A DNA stretch of 64,000 bases from a bacterium (GCA_043765155.1 JAYUJP010000001.1:19268-83267); one strand, 5' to 3'; positions 23,832-34,648 are shown, numbered from the stretch's first letter. The notes: generated from the sequence alone by a model not told the origin. Numbers and translations are program-made.

Positions 23832-25013
23832 ATGCAAAACGTAAATAAAAATGACAACGAAAAAGACTTGGCAAAAATAATAATAGTAATTGGCCCAACG
23901 GCAAGTGGTAAGTCAGACTTAGCTGTTAGCATTGCAAAAGAGATACAAGAAACTGGATACGCAACTATTGAGAAACTAGATTCTAGAAATAAAATATATA
24001 AAAAAGTATTTTTTGATAAAAAAGAATGCGTAATAATCTCAGCTGATAGCAGGCAGATATATAAACACTTAGATATTGGATCTGGTAAGATCACAAAAGA
24101 AGAAATGCAAAATATTCAACATTTTGGACTTGATATAGTTGAACCTAAGTATAACCTAATAGAAAATATAGCTAATAAAAGTACTTTAGAAATGAGAAAT
24201 GAAAATGAATTAAATGCAGAAAAAAAAGACGAAGAAAAAAATAAAATAGAAATATATAAAAACTTCACAGCTGCAGATTGGCTTAGATACGCTACAGATA
24301 AAATAGACAATATAATAAATGAAAACAAGATACCTATAATATGCGGTGGCACTGGGTTATATGTAGACGCCCTACTGTATGGACTAGATGATAATCCAGA
24401 GCCGGATTATATTTTTAGGAAAACTCTCGAAAACAAAACTACAGAAGATATAAAAGATATGATAAAAGAAAAGCTAGCTGAGCAAGATGACTTAGATTAT
24501 TTTTATAATCTTAATAATAGCGAGCAAAATAATAGAAATAGACTTATAAGAAAATTAGAGCTGCTTAACTCAGGGCATAAAATAAAAAATACAGATCTAG
24601 ATAACTCAAAACGAACCCTAAGATATAATGCAGAATTTATTATATTAGAACCAGAATTAGATACTTTACAAGAAAAGATAAAGTTAAGATTAGAAAAGAG
24701 ACTAGGTTTAAATGAAAAAGAAAATAATATAAATAATAGCGCCGCAAGCGTAGCTTGCGGCAGAGAAAGTGAAAAGAATTTAATAGAAAACATAAACTCT
24801 AGCCCATTAATATCAGAAATCAAAGGCCTAATAGAAAATAAAAAAGCAGATCCAAAGTGGTTAATGTCGCTAGGATTAGAATATAAATATGTCACTGAGT
24901 ACGTACTGGGGCAAATAAGTTTTGAGGAGATGGTTGATATCTTAAATATAAAAATATTTCAATATGCCAAAAGGCAAATCAAGTGGAATAGGAGATATGA
25001 GGGACTAAAGTAA
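23832..25013 (+). CDS. miaA: tRNA dimethylallyltransferase (isopentenyl-tRNA transferase) with low-complexity insertions.
   Basis: P-loop GPTASGKS and the motif SADSRQIYKxLDIGSGKIT are present. The C-terminus is MiaA-like. Confidence 0.8.
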   Translation: MQNVNKNDNEKDLAKIIIVIGPTASGKSDLAVSIAKEIQETGYATIEKLDSRNKIYKKVFFDKKECVIISADSRQIYKHLDIGSGKITKEEMQNIQHFGLDIVEPKYNLIENIANKSTLEMRNENELNAEKKDEEKNKIEIYKNFTAADWLRYATDKIDNIINENKIPIICGGTGLYVDALLYGLDDNPEPDYIFRKTLENKTTEDIKDMIKEKLAEQDDLDYFYNLNNSEQNNRNRLIRKLELLNSGHKIKNTDLDNSKRTLRYNAEFIILEPELDTLQEKIKLRLEKRLGLNEKENNINNSAASVACGRESEKNLIENINSSPLISEIKGLIENKKADPKWLMSLGLEYKYVTEYVLGQISFEEMVDILNIKIFQYAKRQIKWNRRYEGLK

Positions 25014-25406
25014 GATCTCAATAAGAGGTCTAGTTACAAATTCTCTCTCATATATTTTTGGATGTGGTATTTCTAACTTTTCAGTTTTAATTTTTAGATT
25101 ATTAAAAAATAAAATATCTATGTCTATTATCCTTGGACCGTTACTCTCTTCCCTTACTCTACCCATCTCACTCATTATGAGTTCTATTCTGTCTAAAAGT
25201 TCAAAGTGATCTAAACTAGTATAGGCTATACACACAGCATTACAAAAGTCAGCCTGGTCTAGCTTATACATTGGCTTTGTAATATAAAAACTAGAAACTT
25301 TTTCTACTTCTCCAATCTTCTCACTTATCAGCTCTACAGCTTTATTTAAATTTAAATTAATATCTCCCGTATTACTACCCAGTGCCAAGTATACTTTATT
25401 TTGCAT
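25005..25406 (-). CDS. folK: 6-hydroxymethyl-7,8-dihydropterin pyrophosphokinase (HPPK).
   Basis: VYLALGSN...RIIDIDIL is the HPPK signature. Confidence 0.8.
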   Translation of the reverse strand: MQNKVYLALGSNTGDINLNLNKAVELISEKIGEVEKVSSFYITKPMYKLDQADFCNAVCIAYTSLDHFELLDRIELIMSEMGRVREESNGPRIIDIDILFFNNLKIKTEKLEIPHPKIYEREFVTRPLIEILL

Positions 25407-25410
25407 ATTT

Positions 25411-25788
25411 TTAATCTCTTGTTAATTTTAAATTAATACCAACTTCGCAGTCTTTTAATAATTTACTTTTCATGATTGACAGCTCTACACTTTCTCTATT
25501 TTCACAATCTGATAATATTTTTTGACAGATTTTATAAGCTAAGTGCTCTATGGTATTTTTCGTCTCTGCGTGAAATATTTTTATTATCTCCTCTCTTATC
25601 TCGGCGTAGCATTTGTTGGCTGGTAGCTTATCAATATCCGCATAATCACTTTCAAATTTTGTCTCGACTATAACATTAACTACAAATTCTTGAGCTTCTA
25701 TTTTCTCTATCGGCAAAAGCCCGTGCTTGGCTATTATTTTAAAATCTTTTATTATTAGTTTATATATCATATTCTTTTTTTGTTTCAA
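25411..25788 (-). CDS. folB: Dihydroneopterin aldolase.
   Basis: Length of 125 aa and the FolB-like core (IKDFKIIAKHGLLPIEKIEAQEFVVNV). It lies within the folate operon. Confidence 0.7.
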   Translation of the reverse strand: MKQKKNMIYKLIIKDFKIIAKHGLLPIEKIEAQEFVVNVIVETKFESDYADIDKLPANKCYAEIREEIIKIFHAETKNTIEHLAYKICQKILSDCENRESVELSIMKSKLLKDCEVGINLKLTRD

Positions 25789-25864
25789 TTTTATTTTTTC
25801 TTATTTTCTACTCCTATTACATTTTTACCCCTTTTATCTTTTACATTATTTAAATCTTTATTTT

Positions 25865-27487
25865 TTACAAACCATCCCCATAACTGTTTATTAATTTTTG
25901 ATAATCTTCAGGATTTTTGGTATATTGCCTAAATCCAAGTGAGATTCTACTTTCACCCTCTTCTAATTTTTTTATATAATGTATAGGCCGCTGTTTTATG
26001 TTCATAAAGTCATAACCGCGCATGAGTATAATATCTCCAGGGCTTGCTTGTATATATTTTTCTCCATTACACTCCCTATCTTTTGCGATATAGAATTTTG
26101 AATCTCCTTCGATCAGCATCACAGCTACTAGCCCGACAAACCCTTTTTGATCCTGATGCGGTGGTATGGAAAATTTATCTTCGTTTTTATTCTCGTAACC
26201 CTGCTCTTTTTTTAATTTATTTTCTAGTGGTATGATTTTGTTTAAGTTATTATTTTCTTTTTTATGATTACCATAATCCTGCAATATTACATTATCAAAT
26301 TTTACTTTATCTAGATTATACTTTTCTAATTCACAATTTAAATTGTATTCTATATGATTTTTAAGATCCTCAAAAAAGTTTTTATTTATAAAATTAGTCT
26401 TTTGAAAAAAGTTTTGATATATAGCTCCTATTGTCGGCGAGCTGGTCATACCTATTCTGCTCTCTCTTTTAATTATTTTTAGAATATGAGATATTTTATC
26501 TCTGGCATTTTCTATATTTTTTAATTCTTCATCCTCTTCTTGATTTATTTTTAAAGTAGTTACCCCAATATTAACATCAAGTAATTCTCGCACATTCTGC
26601 TCAGTGATTTTGTACTTAAAATTAGAAAATATATCTAGACTATTTTCTGCATCACACATTTCTTTGTAATATTTTATATTATGAGTTCTAAATATTATAT
26701 TGTTACTTTTATTTTTAATAAAAGCGTGCATTATACTAGTTATATGATCGGCTTCTTTTACGTCATTGTCTCCTGTGATATTTCTTAAGAATTTCTTCCT
26801 AGATATGCCAATTAGCAGTTTAACACTAGGATATTTTTGATTTATTATTTTCATAATATAATCTAACTCTCTTAATATTTCTAGATTATCTTTTTCCCTT
26901 TTTGAAAATCCAATACAAGGGTCTATTATTATTCTATTATTTTCTATACCCAGACTTTTTAAGATATCAATCTTATTGTCGAAGTATTCTATAAGCTCAG
27001 ACACCATATCGTCATAATCATACTTAGAGTGTGTGGTTTCAAATTCTCCCTTAATATGACCTATTATGTATTTTATATTTTTATACTTAGATATAAGCTT
27101 AAACATTTTATGGTCTAGCTCACCACCAGAAATATCATTAACAATATCAGCTCCGCACTCTATGGCAACTTTTGCAACCTCACTTCTAAAAGTATCTACT
27201 GAGATTTGATACTCTAGATTATTAATTTGTCTATATTTTGCTAGAAACTTTACAGCTTTTCCTATTAACTCTTTTTCTAACTCTACAGATATAAGCTCAG
27301 CTTTATGATTAGTCGCTTGGGCGCCTATATCTATAATATCTGCTTTATATTTTATCGCTTCTTTTATTTTCATCTCTAAATATTCATAGCTAGCGTCACC
27401 CTTTTCACTAAAGCTACTTTCTGTAAGATTAATTATATACATAGATATATTTTTAATGTCTAGGTTTTTTATATTTTTTTCTATCAT
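25865..27487 (-). CDS. folP: Dihydropteroate synthase (first 290 aa or so) fused to a C-terminal AlkB-like Fe(II)/2-oxoglutarate dioxygenase domain.
   Basis: DHPS motifs are DIIDIGAQATN and ISVDTFRSEVAKVAIECGADIVNDISGG. The C-terminal HQDQKGFVGLVAVMLIEGDSKFYI...ASPGDIILMRGY...RPIHYI parallels AlkB HQDKDE...VSLG...LxHGDxxVxGG...HGV (HxD...H triad). Confidence 0.75.
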   Translation of the reverse strand: MIEKNIKNLDIKNISMYIINLTESSFSEKGDASYEYLEMKIKEAIKYKADIIDIGAQATNHKAELISVELEKELIGKAVKFLAKYRQINNLEYQISVDTFRSEVAKVAIECGADIVNDISGGELDHKMFKLISKYKNIKYIIGHIKGEFETTHSKYDYDDMVSELIEYFDNKIDILKSLGIENNRIIIDPCIGFSKREKDNLEILRELDYIMKIINQKYPSVKLLIGISRKKFLRNITGDNDVKEADHITSIMHAFIKNKSNNIIFRTHNIKYYKEMCDAENSLDIFSNFKYKITEQNVRELLDVNIGVTTLKINQEEDEELKNIENARDKISHILKIIKRESRIGMTSSPTIGAIYQNFFQKTNFINKNFFEDLKNHIEYNLNCELEKYNLDKVKFDNVILQDYGNHKKENNNLNKIIPLENKLKKEQGYENKNEDKFSIPPHQDQKGFVGLVAVMLIEGDSKFYIAKDRECNGEKYIQASPGDIILMRGYDFMNIKQRPIHYIKKLEEGESRISLGFRQYTKNPEDYQKLINSYGDGL

Positions 27488-27709
27488 ACTTTTTATATTT
27501 TATTACTTATATTTATTACTAGTTACTCTTTTGTAAATATATTATAATCTTTCTAAAAATAAAATAAAAATAATTAATAAAAAATACAAATAAACTATAT
27601 ATAATATGATTAAAACAGAACTTATAATAATATTCAGAAGAGTTGAATAAATTATAAAAAATAAAGTATTTGTGTTATAATTAGTTTAATAAATACAGCA
27701 AGTAAAATT

Positions 27710-28450
27710 ATGAAGGAAAAAATTTTAATAGAGATGATAGAAAATATGGGGCTAACAAATAAGGAGGCAACTCTCTATTTTAATCTTTTAAAACTTAAAA
27801 AGGCTACTGCGTATGAGCTAGGTAAGAATATTAACTCTATATCTAACGCCTATAATATACTTAACTCTCTGCAGAAAAAGTCGCTAGTGACTAAAGTCAA
27901 AATTAAGAATAAAACTATTTATACCGCCAAAAGACTGGAGGAATTTATAGCTGAAAAGCAGGATATGAGTAATATAATTTTTAAAAATATATTAAGCTTA
28001 TACCAAAAAGTAAATACAGGTAACGACACTAATATAAAAATATGGTCCGACTCTAAAAATACAAAAGAAGCCATACTTTATGGGCTAAGCGGCCTCACTG
28101 ACAAAAAATTATACTGCGTTTATCCGTCCAGAGCCAAGCTATCAATCTCGCCTGCCGAGTCAGTTTATATTTTTACTAATAGGTATATACATGAACTAGG
28201 TATCAAAAAGATTATACTTTCTGAAAAGAAAGTGCGCGAAGAATATACTCTTGCTGACAAAGAGTTCGGATTTGAGCGCTACACTAGTGATAACAAAATA
28301 CTAGAGAAAATATCTGACGCCAAGACTGGATTTGAAATAGCTGAGAATAGGTTTATAAAAATATACTTTTATTCTGAGGGGCTTATTATCTGCATAGAAA
28401 ACAAAAATTTGGCTAACATATCTCTAGAGATACTTAGAGGATCATATTAA
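27710..28450 (+). CDS. TrmB-family winged-HTH transcriptional regulator.
   Basis: The N-terminal LGLTNKEATLYFNLLKLKKATAYELGKNINSISNAYNILNSLQKKSLV matches the TrmB HTH pattern. Confidence 0.5.
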   Translation: MKEKILIEMIENMGLTNKEATLYFNLLKLKKATAYELGKNINSISNAYNILNSLQKKSLVTKVKIKNKTIYTAKRLEEFIAEKQDMSNIIFKNILSLYQKVNTGNDTNIKIWSDSKNTKEAILYGLSGLTDKKLYCVYPSRAKLSISPAESVYIFTNRYIHELGIKKIILSEKKVREEYTLADKEFGFERYTSDNKILEKISDAKTGFEIAENRFIKIYFYSEGLIICIENKNLANISLEILRGSY

Positions 28451-28467
28451 AAATACTGACTGGGTTT

Positions 28468-29232
28468 TTAAATATTTTCGCTCAGATATTTTTCTAAGAC
28501 GGGCATAATATTCTCTGAGATTATCTTTTCATAACCTGATCTATTTGGATGTATGCCGTCACTAGTATTATATTTTTCAACTTTGGCTACACCTTTTAAA
28601 AAGAAAGGTACTAATGGCGCATCATACTTTTGAGCTAGCTCAGGATATATGGCATCAAAATCATTTTTGTATTTGAGGCCATAACTAATTACCGACTCCA
28701 TGCCGAGTATTATAACTTTTTGATTATTATCTTTGAACTTTTTCAAAATAGAATCCAGATTATTCTTAGCCACATTAGCATCAGTGCCCCTGAGCATATC
28801 ATTGGCTCCGAGGCCAAGCAAGATGAGGTCAGGCTTTTGCTCCAATATAAAATCAACTCTATCAAGCCCTCCAGAAGTAGTCTCGCCCGAGACACCCATA
28901 TTTATAATTTCAAAATTTACATCTTTTTTATTTTTAAAATTACTATTAAGGATTTCTTCTAAAATACTCGGGTAACTATCTTTTAATTCTACCCCATAAC
29001 CAGCTGTGAGTGAGTCACCAAAGGCTACTATTTTAAAATTTTTAATACCTGACTCTGTACTGCTGCTATTACTCAGATTTGCATTTAAATTTGTATTTAC
29101 ATTTTTCTCTTTGCTATTTTGCATACTTTCTTTTTGAGCATTCTTATTATAAAAATAAAATAAAACACCAGAAATTATTATGATCAAGACAATAGAACAA
29201 ATGATAATTTTTACAAAATTAGTATTTAACAT
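28468..29232 (-). CDS. SGNH/GDSL hydrolase (lysophospholipase L1 / TesA-like), membrane-anchored.
   Basis: Block I GDSLTAGYG, block III GANDM and block V DGIHPN are present, with an N-terminal TM. Confidence 0.75.
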   Translation of the reverse strand: MLNTNFVKIIICSIVLIIIISGVLFYFYNKNAQKESMQNSKEKNVNTNLNANLSNSSSTESGIKNFKIVAFGDSLTAGYGVELKDSYPSILEEILNSNFKNKKDVNFEIINMGVSGETTSGGLDRVDFILEQKPDLILLGLGANDMLRGTDANVAKNNLDSILKKFKDNNQKVIILGMESVISYGLKYKNDFDAIYPELAQKYDAPLVPFFLKGVAKVEKYNTSDGIHPNRSGYEKIISENIMPVLEKYLSENI

Positions 29233-29269
29233 AATATAATCTTAACACAAATATGTTATAATTTGAAAC

Positions 29270-29941
29270 ATGATAAAAGTACAAAATATTAGCAAAGCTT
29301 ATAATGTAGACGGGCAAAAAATAAGTATTTTAGAAAATATAAACCTAAATATAAATTATGGTCAAAAAGTTGCAATAATTGGTGCGTCCGGCTCGGGCAA
29401 GTCTACTCTACTCTCTATAATATCAGGACTGGACAGGCCTACGTCTGGTGACATTTTGTATGACGATGTTGATATTAACACTATGGATGAGGCCACTATA
29501 TCTAATTTTCGAAATAAAAAAATAGGAATAATATTTCAAGCTTTCGAATTAGTACAATTTTTTACAGCTTATGAGAATGTAATGCTCCCGCTCTCTATAC
29601 GCGGCAAAAGCCGAGATAGGAGGGTTGTAGATAAATTATTTGAAGATATAAATCTAACCCATAGAAAAGATAATTTGCCCTCAGCTCTCTCGGGCGGCGA
29701 GCAGCAGAGAGTTGCCATAGCAAGAGTGCTCGCTTCTGGATGCGATATTATATTTGCCGATGAGCCGACTGGTAACCTAGACTCGATTAATGGTAAAAAA
29801 GTTTTAGACCTATTGCTGCAAAGCGTAAATGAAAATAAGAAAACTCTTATTATAATTACTCATGATATGAATATAGCCAAGCAAATGGATATTATATACG
29901 AGATCAAAGATGGCAAAGTTAATATTTTAGAAAATAAGTAA
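29270..29941 (+). CDS. ABC transporter ATP-binding protein (LolD/MacB-type).
   Basis: Walker A GASGSGKST, the signature LSGGEQQRVAIAR and Walker B IIFADEPTGNLD. Confidence 0.85.
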   Translation: MIKVQNISKAYNVDGQKISILENINLNINYGQKVAIIGASGSGKSTLLSIISGLDRPTSGDILYDDVDINTMDEATISNFRNKKIGIIFQAFELVQFFTAYENVMLPLSIRGKSRDRRVVDKLFEDINLTHRKDNLPSALSGGEQQRVAIARVLASGCDIIFADEPTGNLDSINGKKVLDLLLQSVNENKKTLIIITHDMNIAKQMDIIYEIKDGKVNILENK

Positions 29942-30039
29942 AAATTATAGCTTATAAATTTATTTTAATTAAATTACCCAGTAGGCGATTCTGCTGAACC
30001 GAAAAGAAAAACTACAAATTTAAAAACCAAAACAAAAAC

Positions 30040-32586
30040 ATGCTTACCTATTTTATAAAAATTATTTTCAAAAGATCTTACAAATATTTACTCCTAACTT
30101 TTTTTAGTATTGTGGTAGGAGCTTTTTTATTTGGCGCATCGGTATCACTGTCACGTAGTATTTCTAACTACTTTATAACCGAAGGCAAGACCTTGATTGG
30201 AGGCGACATAGTTATCTCAGGAGCTACAAAGCTTAACCTAAATAGCTTAGAATTTTCAAATGATATCAACTTGCAAAATATCATAAAAAAGTTTTCAATA
30301 ATAAGTCAGGAATACTCCCTGCAAGGCGTATTTAAAAATAAAAACAGTAGCTCGACCTCGCCAGCAAGCATAAGAGTGGTACAGGACTCTTTTCCGCTGT
30401 ACGGGGAAGTGTTAACTAATCCAGCACCATTTGATCTTTTTAATATTTCTAAAAATGACGCAGAAAATATTAATAATACAAGCTATATATATGCTGAACA
30501 AAGCTTTTTGGATAAAATAGATGCAAAGGTGGGAGAAGAGATTATTTTGGGTGATGCTAATTTTAAAATAAAAGGAATACTTTTAAAAGAGCCTGATAGC
30601 ATATCTTTTGGGATTTCATTTACGCCAAAAGTTATAATATCAGAAAGAGACTTTGTTAAAAGCGGCATAGACTTTAATCAGAGTAGAATTAATTATAAGA
30701 CACTAATCAAGCAAGATAATAATAAGCTCACAAAAGAAGACAGAGATTATCTTGAGTCTTTTGTTAAGGATAAAAAGCTCAGATATGATGACTCAACTAA
30801 TGGGCCCAATAATTTTGTACGTGGACTATCCAGTGTCGAGAGCTTTGTCGGTATAGTCATAGCTATCGCATTATTTTTGGTGGTAGTTAATATTATCGCT
30901 AATCTAACTTATATAATATCCAAATTTAAAAAGACTATCGCTATAATGAAAACTTTTGGTATGCCTAGCCGCAGCATACAGATTATATACGGATTTATGC
31001 TTGGTGTTATAGGACTCACTGCGGGTGCTATTGGCTCACTATTTGGGGCTTATGCTTCTAATTATTCGCTAACTTATATCAAGGCGTATACGGATACCAG
31101 TATAGGAGACATAAATATTTTACCTGTTACTGTTGTTGGCGGCATAATAGGGTTTCTAATTATACTAGCAGCCGCCCTTCCATTTTTCAGCTCTATCAAA
31201 AATATCTCACCCAAAGAGTTACTATTAAGCGCTAAGATTAATGACATAGATAACAATAAAAATCAAAACAAATACAAAAATCTATATAAGTTGCTGCGCT
31301 TAATCTTATTATATTTGCCAATACCAATAATATTAACAGCTTCTCTCTATATACTCTCTTCTAATATAAGCTTGGTCTTTTATAGTATGCTGGGCCTAAT
31401 AATATGTTTTGCATTATTTATGTTAGTGTCATATTTTATAATAAATATATTGTACAAAAATAGAAAATATTTTCCATTTATAATACAAAGTAGCGTCGCC
31501 TCTTTAAAATGGAGAGGATTAGAATCTGTTGTTATAGCTGCCTCGATCATGACTGCATACTCTGGAGTATTTATAGTCTCAACTATCGAGGAGAATATAG
31601 TAGTTAATATACAACAAAATGTCTCAGCCAAAGCTCCCTCTCTGTACCTTGTTGATATATCCAGGACTCAGATACAAGATATTAAAAATATAGCTGGCGA
31701 GACTTTTGTAGAGTACCCCATAATACGCGGCAGACTACTCGAGATTAGCGGAAAAGATATAACCTTATCAGGTGATCCGGGACTCACCAGAGAGTTCAAC
31801 ATGACCTATAGGTCCAAGCTTATAAACGAAGAAAAGATAGTGGCTGGCTCTTGGCATGGTGATAATATTATAAATTCTGTCTCTATAGATGACTCTTTTG
31901 CCAAAGAGATTGGGGACGTGAAGCTCGGTGACAAAGTCAAAGTCTTTATACAAGGCTTAACTGTTGAGGCTACTATTACGAGCATAAGAACTACAGACAG
32001 GTCAAGCGGTACTCCGTTTTTCTACTTGGTATTCTCGCCTGATTTACTTTCTAGATTCCCCTCTTCTTATTTTGCTACAGCTAATCTTAATAAGGAGGAT
32101 ATAAAAAAAGTTGAGCAAGAACTAGGCAGCAAGTATCCAAATGTGATACCGATACAAACAGGCAAAATATTAGACACAGTTAGCAGCATAGTGGATAACA
32201 TAGTCTTGGCCTTAAAAGTTCTCGGTCTACCTAGTATAATATTAGGGCTCATGCTGGTACTAGTCATGACTAGTCAGTCCCTGTATGAGAGGCGCGGTGA
32301 CATACTTGTACTGCGCGCTTTTGGACTAAGATCCAAAAATATAAAGTATCTATTTATACTTGAGATGGCAGGCCTAATATTAATAGCCTCAATAATAGCC
32401 TATATGGTCGCCAATATATTAGCTTACGCTCTTAATTACTTTTTATTTAATTTTGAGACTTTTGTATTTAGCTATACCCCGCTAATTATAAGTAGCGTAA
32501 CCATAATAATAGTGAGTATTTTTGCTCTCATATTATCCAGAACTATTACATCTTCTAGCTTGCGAGATCTACTATCGGAGAAGTAA
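30040..32586 (+). CDS. FtsX-family ABC permease with two FtsX (4-TM) modules and large extracytoplasmic domains (YbbP/MacB-like).
   Basis: At 848 aa it has two blocks of four TM helices separated by soluble domains. It lies adjacent to the ABC ATPase. Confidence 0.75.
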   Translation: MLTYFIKIIFKRSYKYLLLTFFSIVVGAFLFGASVSLSRSISNYFITEGKTLIGGDIVISGATKLNLNSLEFSNDINLQNIIKKFSIISQEYSLQGVFKNKNSSSTSPASIRVVQDSFPLYGEVLTNPAPFDLFNISKNDAENINNTSYIYAEQSFLDKIDAKVGEEIILGDANFKIKGILLKEPDSISFGISFTPKVIISERDFVKSGIDFNQSRINYKTLIKQDNNKLTKEDRDYLESFVKDKKLRYDDSTNGPNNFVRGLSSVESFVGIVIAIALFLVVVNIIANLTYIISKFKKTIAIMKTFGMPSRSIQIIYGFMLGVIGLTAGAIGSLFGAYASNYSLTYIKAYTDTSIGDINILPVTVVGGIIGFLIILAAALPFFSSIKNISPKELLLSAKINDIDNNKNQNKYKNLYKLLRLILLYLPIPIILTASLYILSSNISLVFYSMLGLIICFALFMLVSYFIINILYKNRKYFPFIIQSSVASLKWRGLESVVIAASIMTAYSGVFIVSTIEENIVVNIQQNVSAKAPSLYLVDISRTQIQDIKNIAGETFVEYPIIRGRLLEISGKDITLSGDPGLTREFNMTYRSKLINEEKIVAGSWHGDNIINSVSIDDSFAKEIGDVKLGDKVKVFIQGLTVEATITSIRTTDRSSGTPFFYLVFSPDLLSRFPSSYFATANLNKEDIKKVEQELGSKYPNVIPIQTGKILDTVSSIVDNIVLALKVLGLPSIILGLMLVLVMTSQSLYERRGDILVLRAFGLRSKNIKYLFILEMAGLILIASIIAYMVANILAYALNYFLFNFETFVFSYTPLIISSVTIIIVSIFALILSRTITSSSLRDLLSEK

Positions 32587-32708
32587 GGTTTTAAAAAAAT
32601 AAAATACCCAGACAGAAATAAAAGCCATCTCAAGCTTAATCTGGTGTTTTTGTAGTTGAAATAAAAACTAAATACCAATTTTCTACGCAGTAACTTACTT
32701 ATTACCAA

Positions 32709-33845
32709 TTAAATATTAAGATCAATATCTGGTATATTCCCGTACCACTTTAATGCATTTTGTATTCCTTCATGCAAAGAGTCGTCTGGTAAAACAAACT
32801 TTACAAACTGAGGAGCTTGAGAAAGAATTTCATTGCCACCAGCATTTTTTTCTTGATCGTAATGGTAAGAATGATTAGTAAAGAATATAAAATTATAATC
32901 TGATTTATTATTTACTGAGATGATTTTATTTTTCCGCTTAGCATTTTTTATAATGTCTTTAACCCAAGGAACATCTTCCATTCTTGACTTATTTTCTAAT
33001 GGACTATTAATATCAATAAAAATAATATATGGCATTAAACCACACTCTTCTTTTTCCAAAGCACTTGTTAAAAGCCCCTGAATATCACCTTTTTTTGACT
33101 TATACATATCAAGTATACCTAATTGATTTAACACTCCCTTACGATGCCTACTCTTTGCTTCAACTCCTATTTTCGTGCCACTAACTTGATGCTCGGCAAT
33201 AAATTCGCAATGCTTAGCGGTTGAATTATCTATCCAAGTTATATTAAACCCCAGTCTAGCAATAACTGCAGCAATCATTATCTCATATCTGACTCCTTGA
33301 TATTCATTAGTATTTTTTAATCTTTGAATAAGCTTATCTGGGATATTAGATACATGATCAAGAGTAAAAATGTCAAAAGCTAAAGAGTAAATAGATTTTA
33401 TATAGCCATTTGGATTTGTAGAATAAACACCTTCTCTTACTTTTACACCATTAAAAATAGCAGACCCTTTAAGCTTTATAACCTCTGTAAAAGCTTTCTC
33501 TAAAAAATTAAGTTCTTCTTTTTTATATTTAATTTCATTTAACCATTCTGGTCCTAGTTTTTCTAAAAGTATAAAAATACAAAAATCACTAAATGTTTCA
33601 TGTTTATTGTCTCTTTGGTAGATTCTATTTTTAATAGCCCATATTTTTTTATCTTTGAAGATAATAGGATTAACATAGTTAACGTAAATACCAACCTCTT
33701 TTAATTTATTATCTTTAAGTTCTTTTTTTGCAAGCATTTGTAGTGCCATATGACTAATACTTTCTTTTTTCATGAGGCAACACTTTTTATATTTCTTACC
33801 ACTAAAACAGTAACATTTTTCATTTCGACCTATTTTATTATTCAT
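32709..33845 (-). CDS. SEC-C-motif (zinc-binding) protein with a putative C-terminal PD-(D/E)xK nuclease-like core.
   Basis: N-terminal NEKCYCFSGKKYKKCC is the SecA-C-terminal metal-binding motif. RYEIMIAAVIARLGFNITWID...KIGVEAKS fits E...hhhD...hExK. The nuclease call is inference. Confidence 0.45.
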   Translation of the reverse strand: MNNKIGRNEKCYCFSGKKYKKCCLMKKESISHMALQMLAKKELKDNKLKEVGIYVNYVNPIIFKDKKIWAIKNRIYQRDNKHETFSDFCIFILLEKLGPEWLNEIKYKKEELNFLEKAFTEVIKLKGSAIFNGVKVREGVYSTNPNGYIKSIYSLAFDIFTLDHVSNIPDKLIQRLKNTNEYQGVRYEIMIAAVIARLGFNITWIDNSTAKHCEFIAEHQVSGTKIGVEAKSRHRKGVLNQLGILDMYKSKKGDIQGLLTSALEKEECGLMPYIIFIDINSPLENKSRMEDVPWVKDIIKNAKRKNKIISVNNKSDYNFIFFTNHSYHYDQEKNAGGNEILSQAPQFVKFVLPDDSLHEGIQNALKWYGNIPDIDLNI

Positions 33846-33916
33846 TTTAGTTACATTACAATCTATACAATTTTTTTAAGCTAAATCCTCAACAGTATCA
33901 AAAATATTATGATTGA

Positions 33917-34648
33917 CTATTCTATTCCAAAACTTTTTTTTAATTTTGCAATATCTGCTGGATTTTCAAATTCCTTCCTTTTTTGTTCTTCTTCTGCCTT
34001 TTTAATTTCATCTCTTAGGATCTCAAAATCTTTAATCCAAGCACCTTCAATAAAAGCATCTACGGAGTTTGGGTAATACTCAGTACCCCATTCCTTCTCG
34101 GAAAGACTTTCACTTACATGCAAAACTTTTTCTTCATTAAGAAACATTTCTAGGTCTCCCCAGTAGCTGTCTTCATGGTTACCTGTTGAATGGATAAATT
34201 TATACTCTCTTCCGTTCATCATTAAAAGAATACACTCTTCTCTACTTTGCTTTTCGTCAACTTCTTTTGCCTCAGTAACTATCGTAGGCACTGAGTCTCT
34301 TGGAGTATGTCTAATCCAGCTTGGGTAATAGCGTATAGAATCGTGATATAAAGCATCAACAAGTTGTGGTATACCAGACTTCATAGCTTGATCCTTTTTC
34401 TTTTCAGCAAGGTCTCTGATTCTCTCTGCTTCACTTTGTACGGCATTATTAATCGCCTCTCCTGAAGGATAGTTTTCTTTGCAAGGCTCTTCTTTTTTAG
34501 AGATTAAGTCTTTCTTTCTGTTACGTGAAAAAATCCAACCAATAAAGATAGCTCCCCAAAAACTCCATCCATTACCAGCCTTTAAAATCCAATAAAAAAT
34601 AAAGAAGAATGCCAATGATATTGCTAACCACTTTATATTTATATTCAT
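33917..34648 (-). CDS. Hypothetical membrane protein (2 N-terminal TM plus a soluble domain).
   Basis: Hydrophobic N-terminus (LAISLAFFFIFYWIL, FWGAIFIGWIF). No family recognised. Confidence 0.4.
   Translation of the reverse strand: MNINIKWLAISLAFFFIFYWILKAGNGWSFWGAIFIGWIFSRNRKKDLISKKEEPCKENYPSGEAINNAVQSEAERIRDLAEKKKDQAMKSGIPQLVDALYHDSIRYYPSWIRHTPRDSVPTIVTEAKEVDEKQSREECILLMMNGREYKFIHSTGNHEDSYWGDLEMFLNEEKVLHVSESLSEKEWGTEYYPNSVDAFIEGAWIKDFEILRDEIKKAEEEQKRKEFENPADIAKLKKSFGIE

Noticed and set aside
27488-27709. A THF or other riboswitch in the 220-bp leader of the folate operon.
   Set aside because: The sequence is over 80% A+T with no GC-paired helices. It cannot form the THF aptamer, and it is more likely a divergent promoter region shared with the TrmB-like gene.
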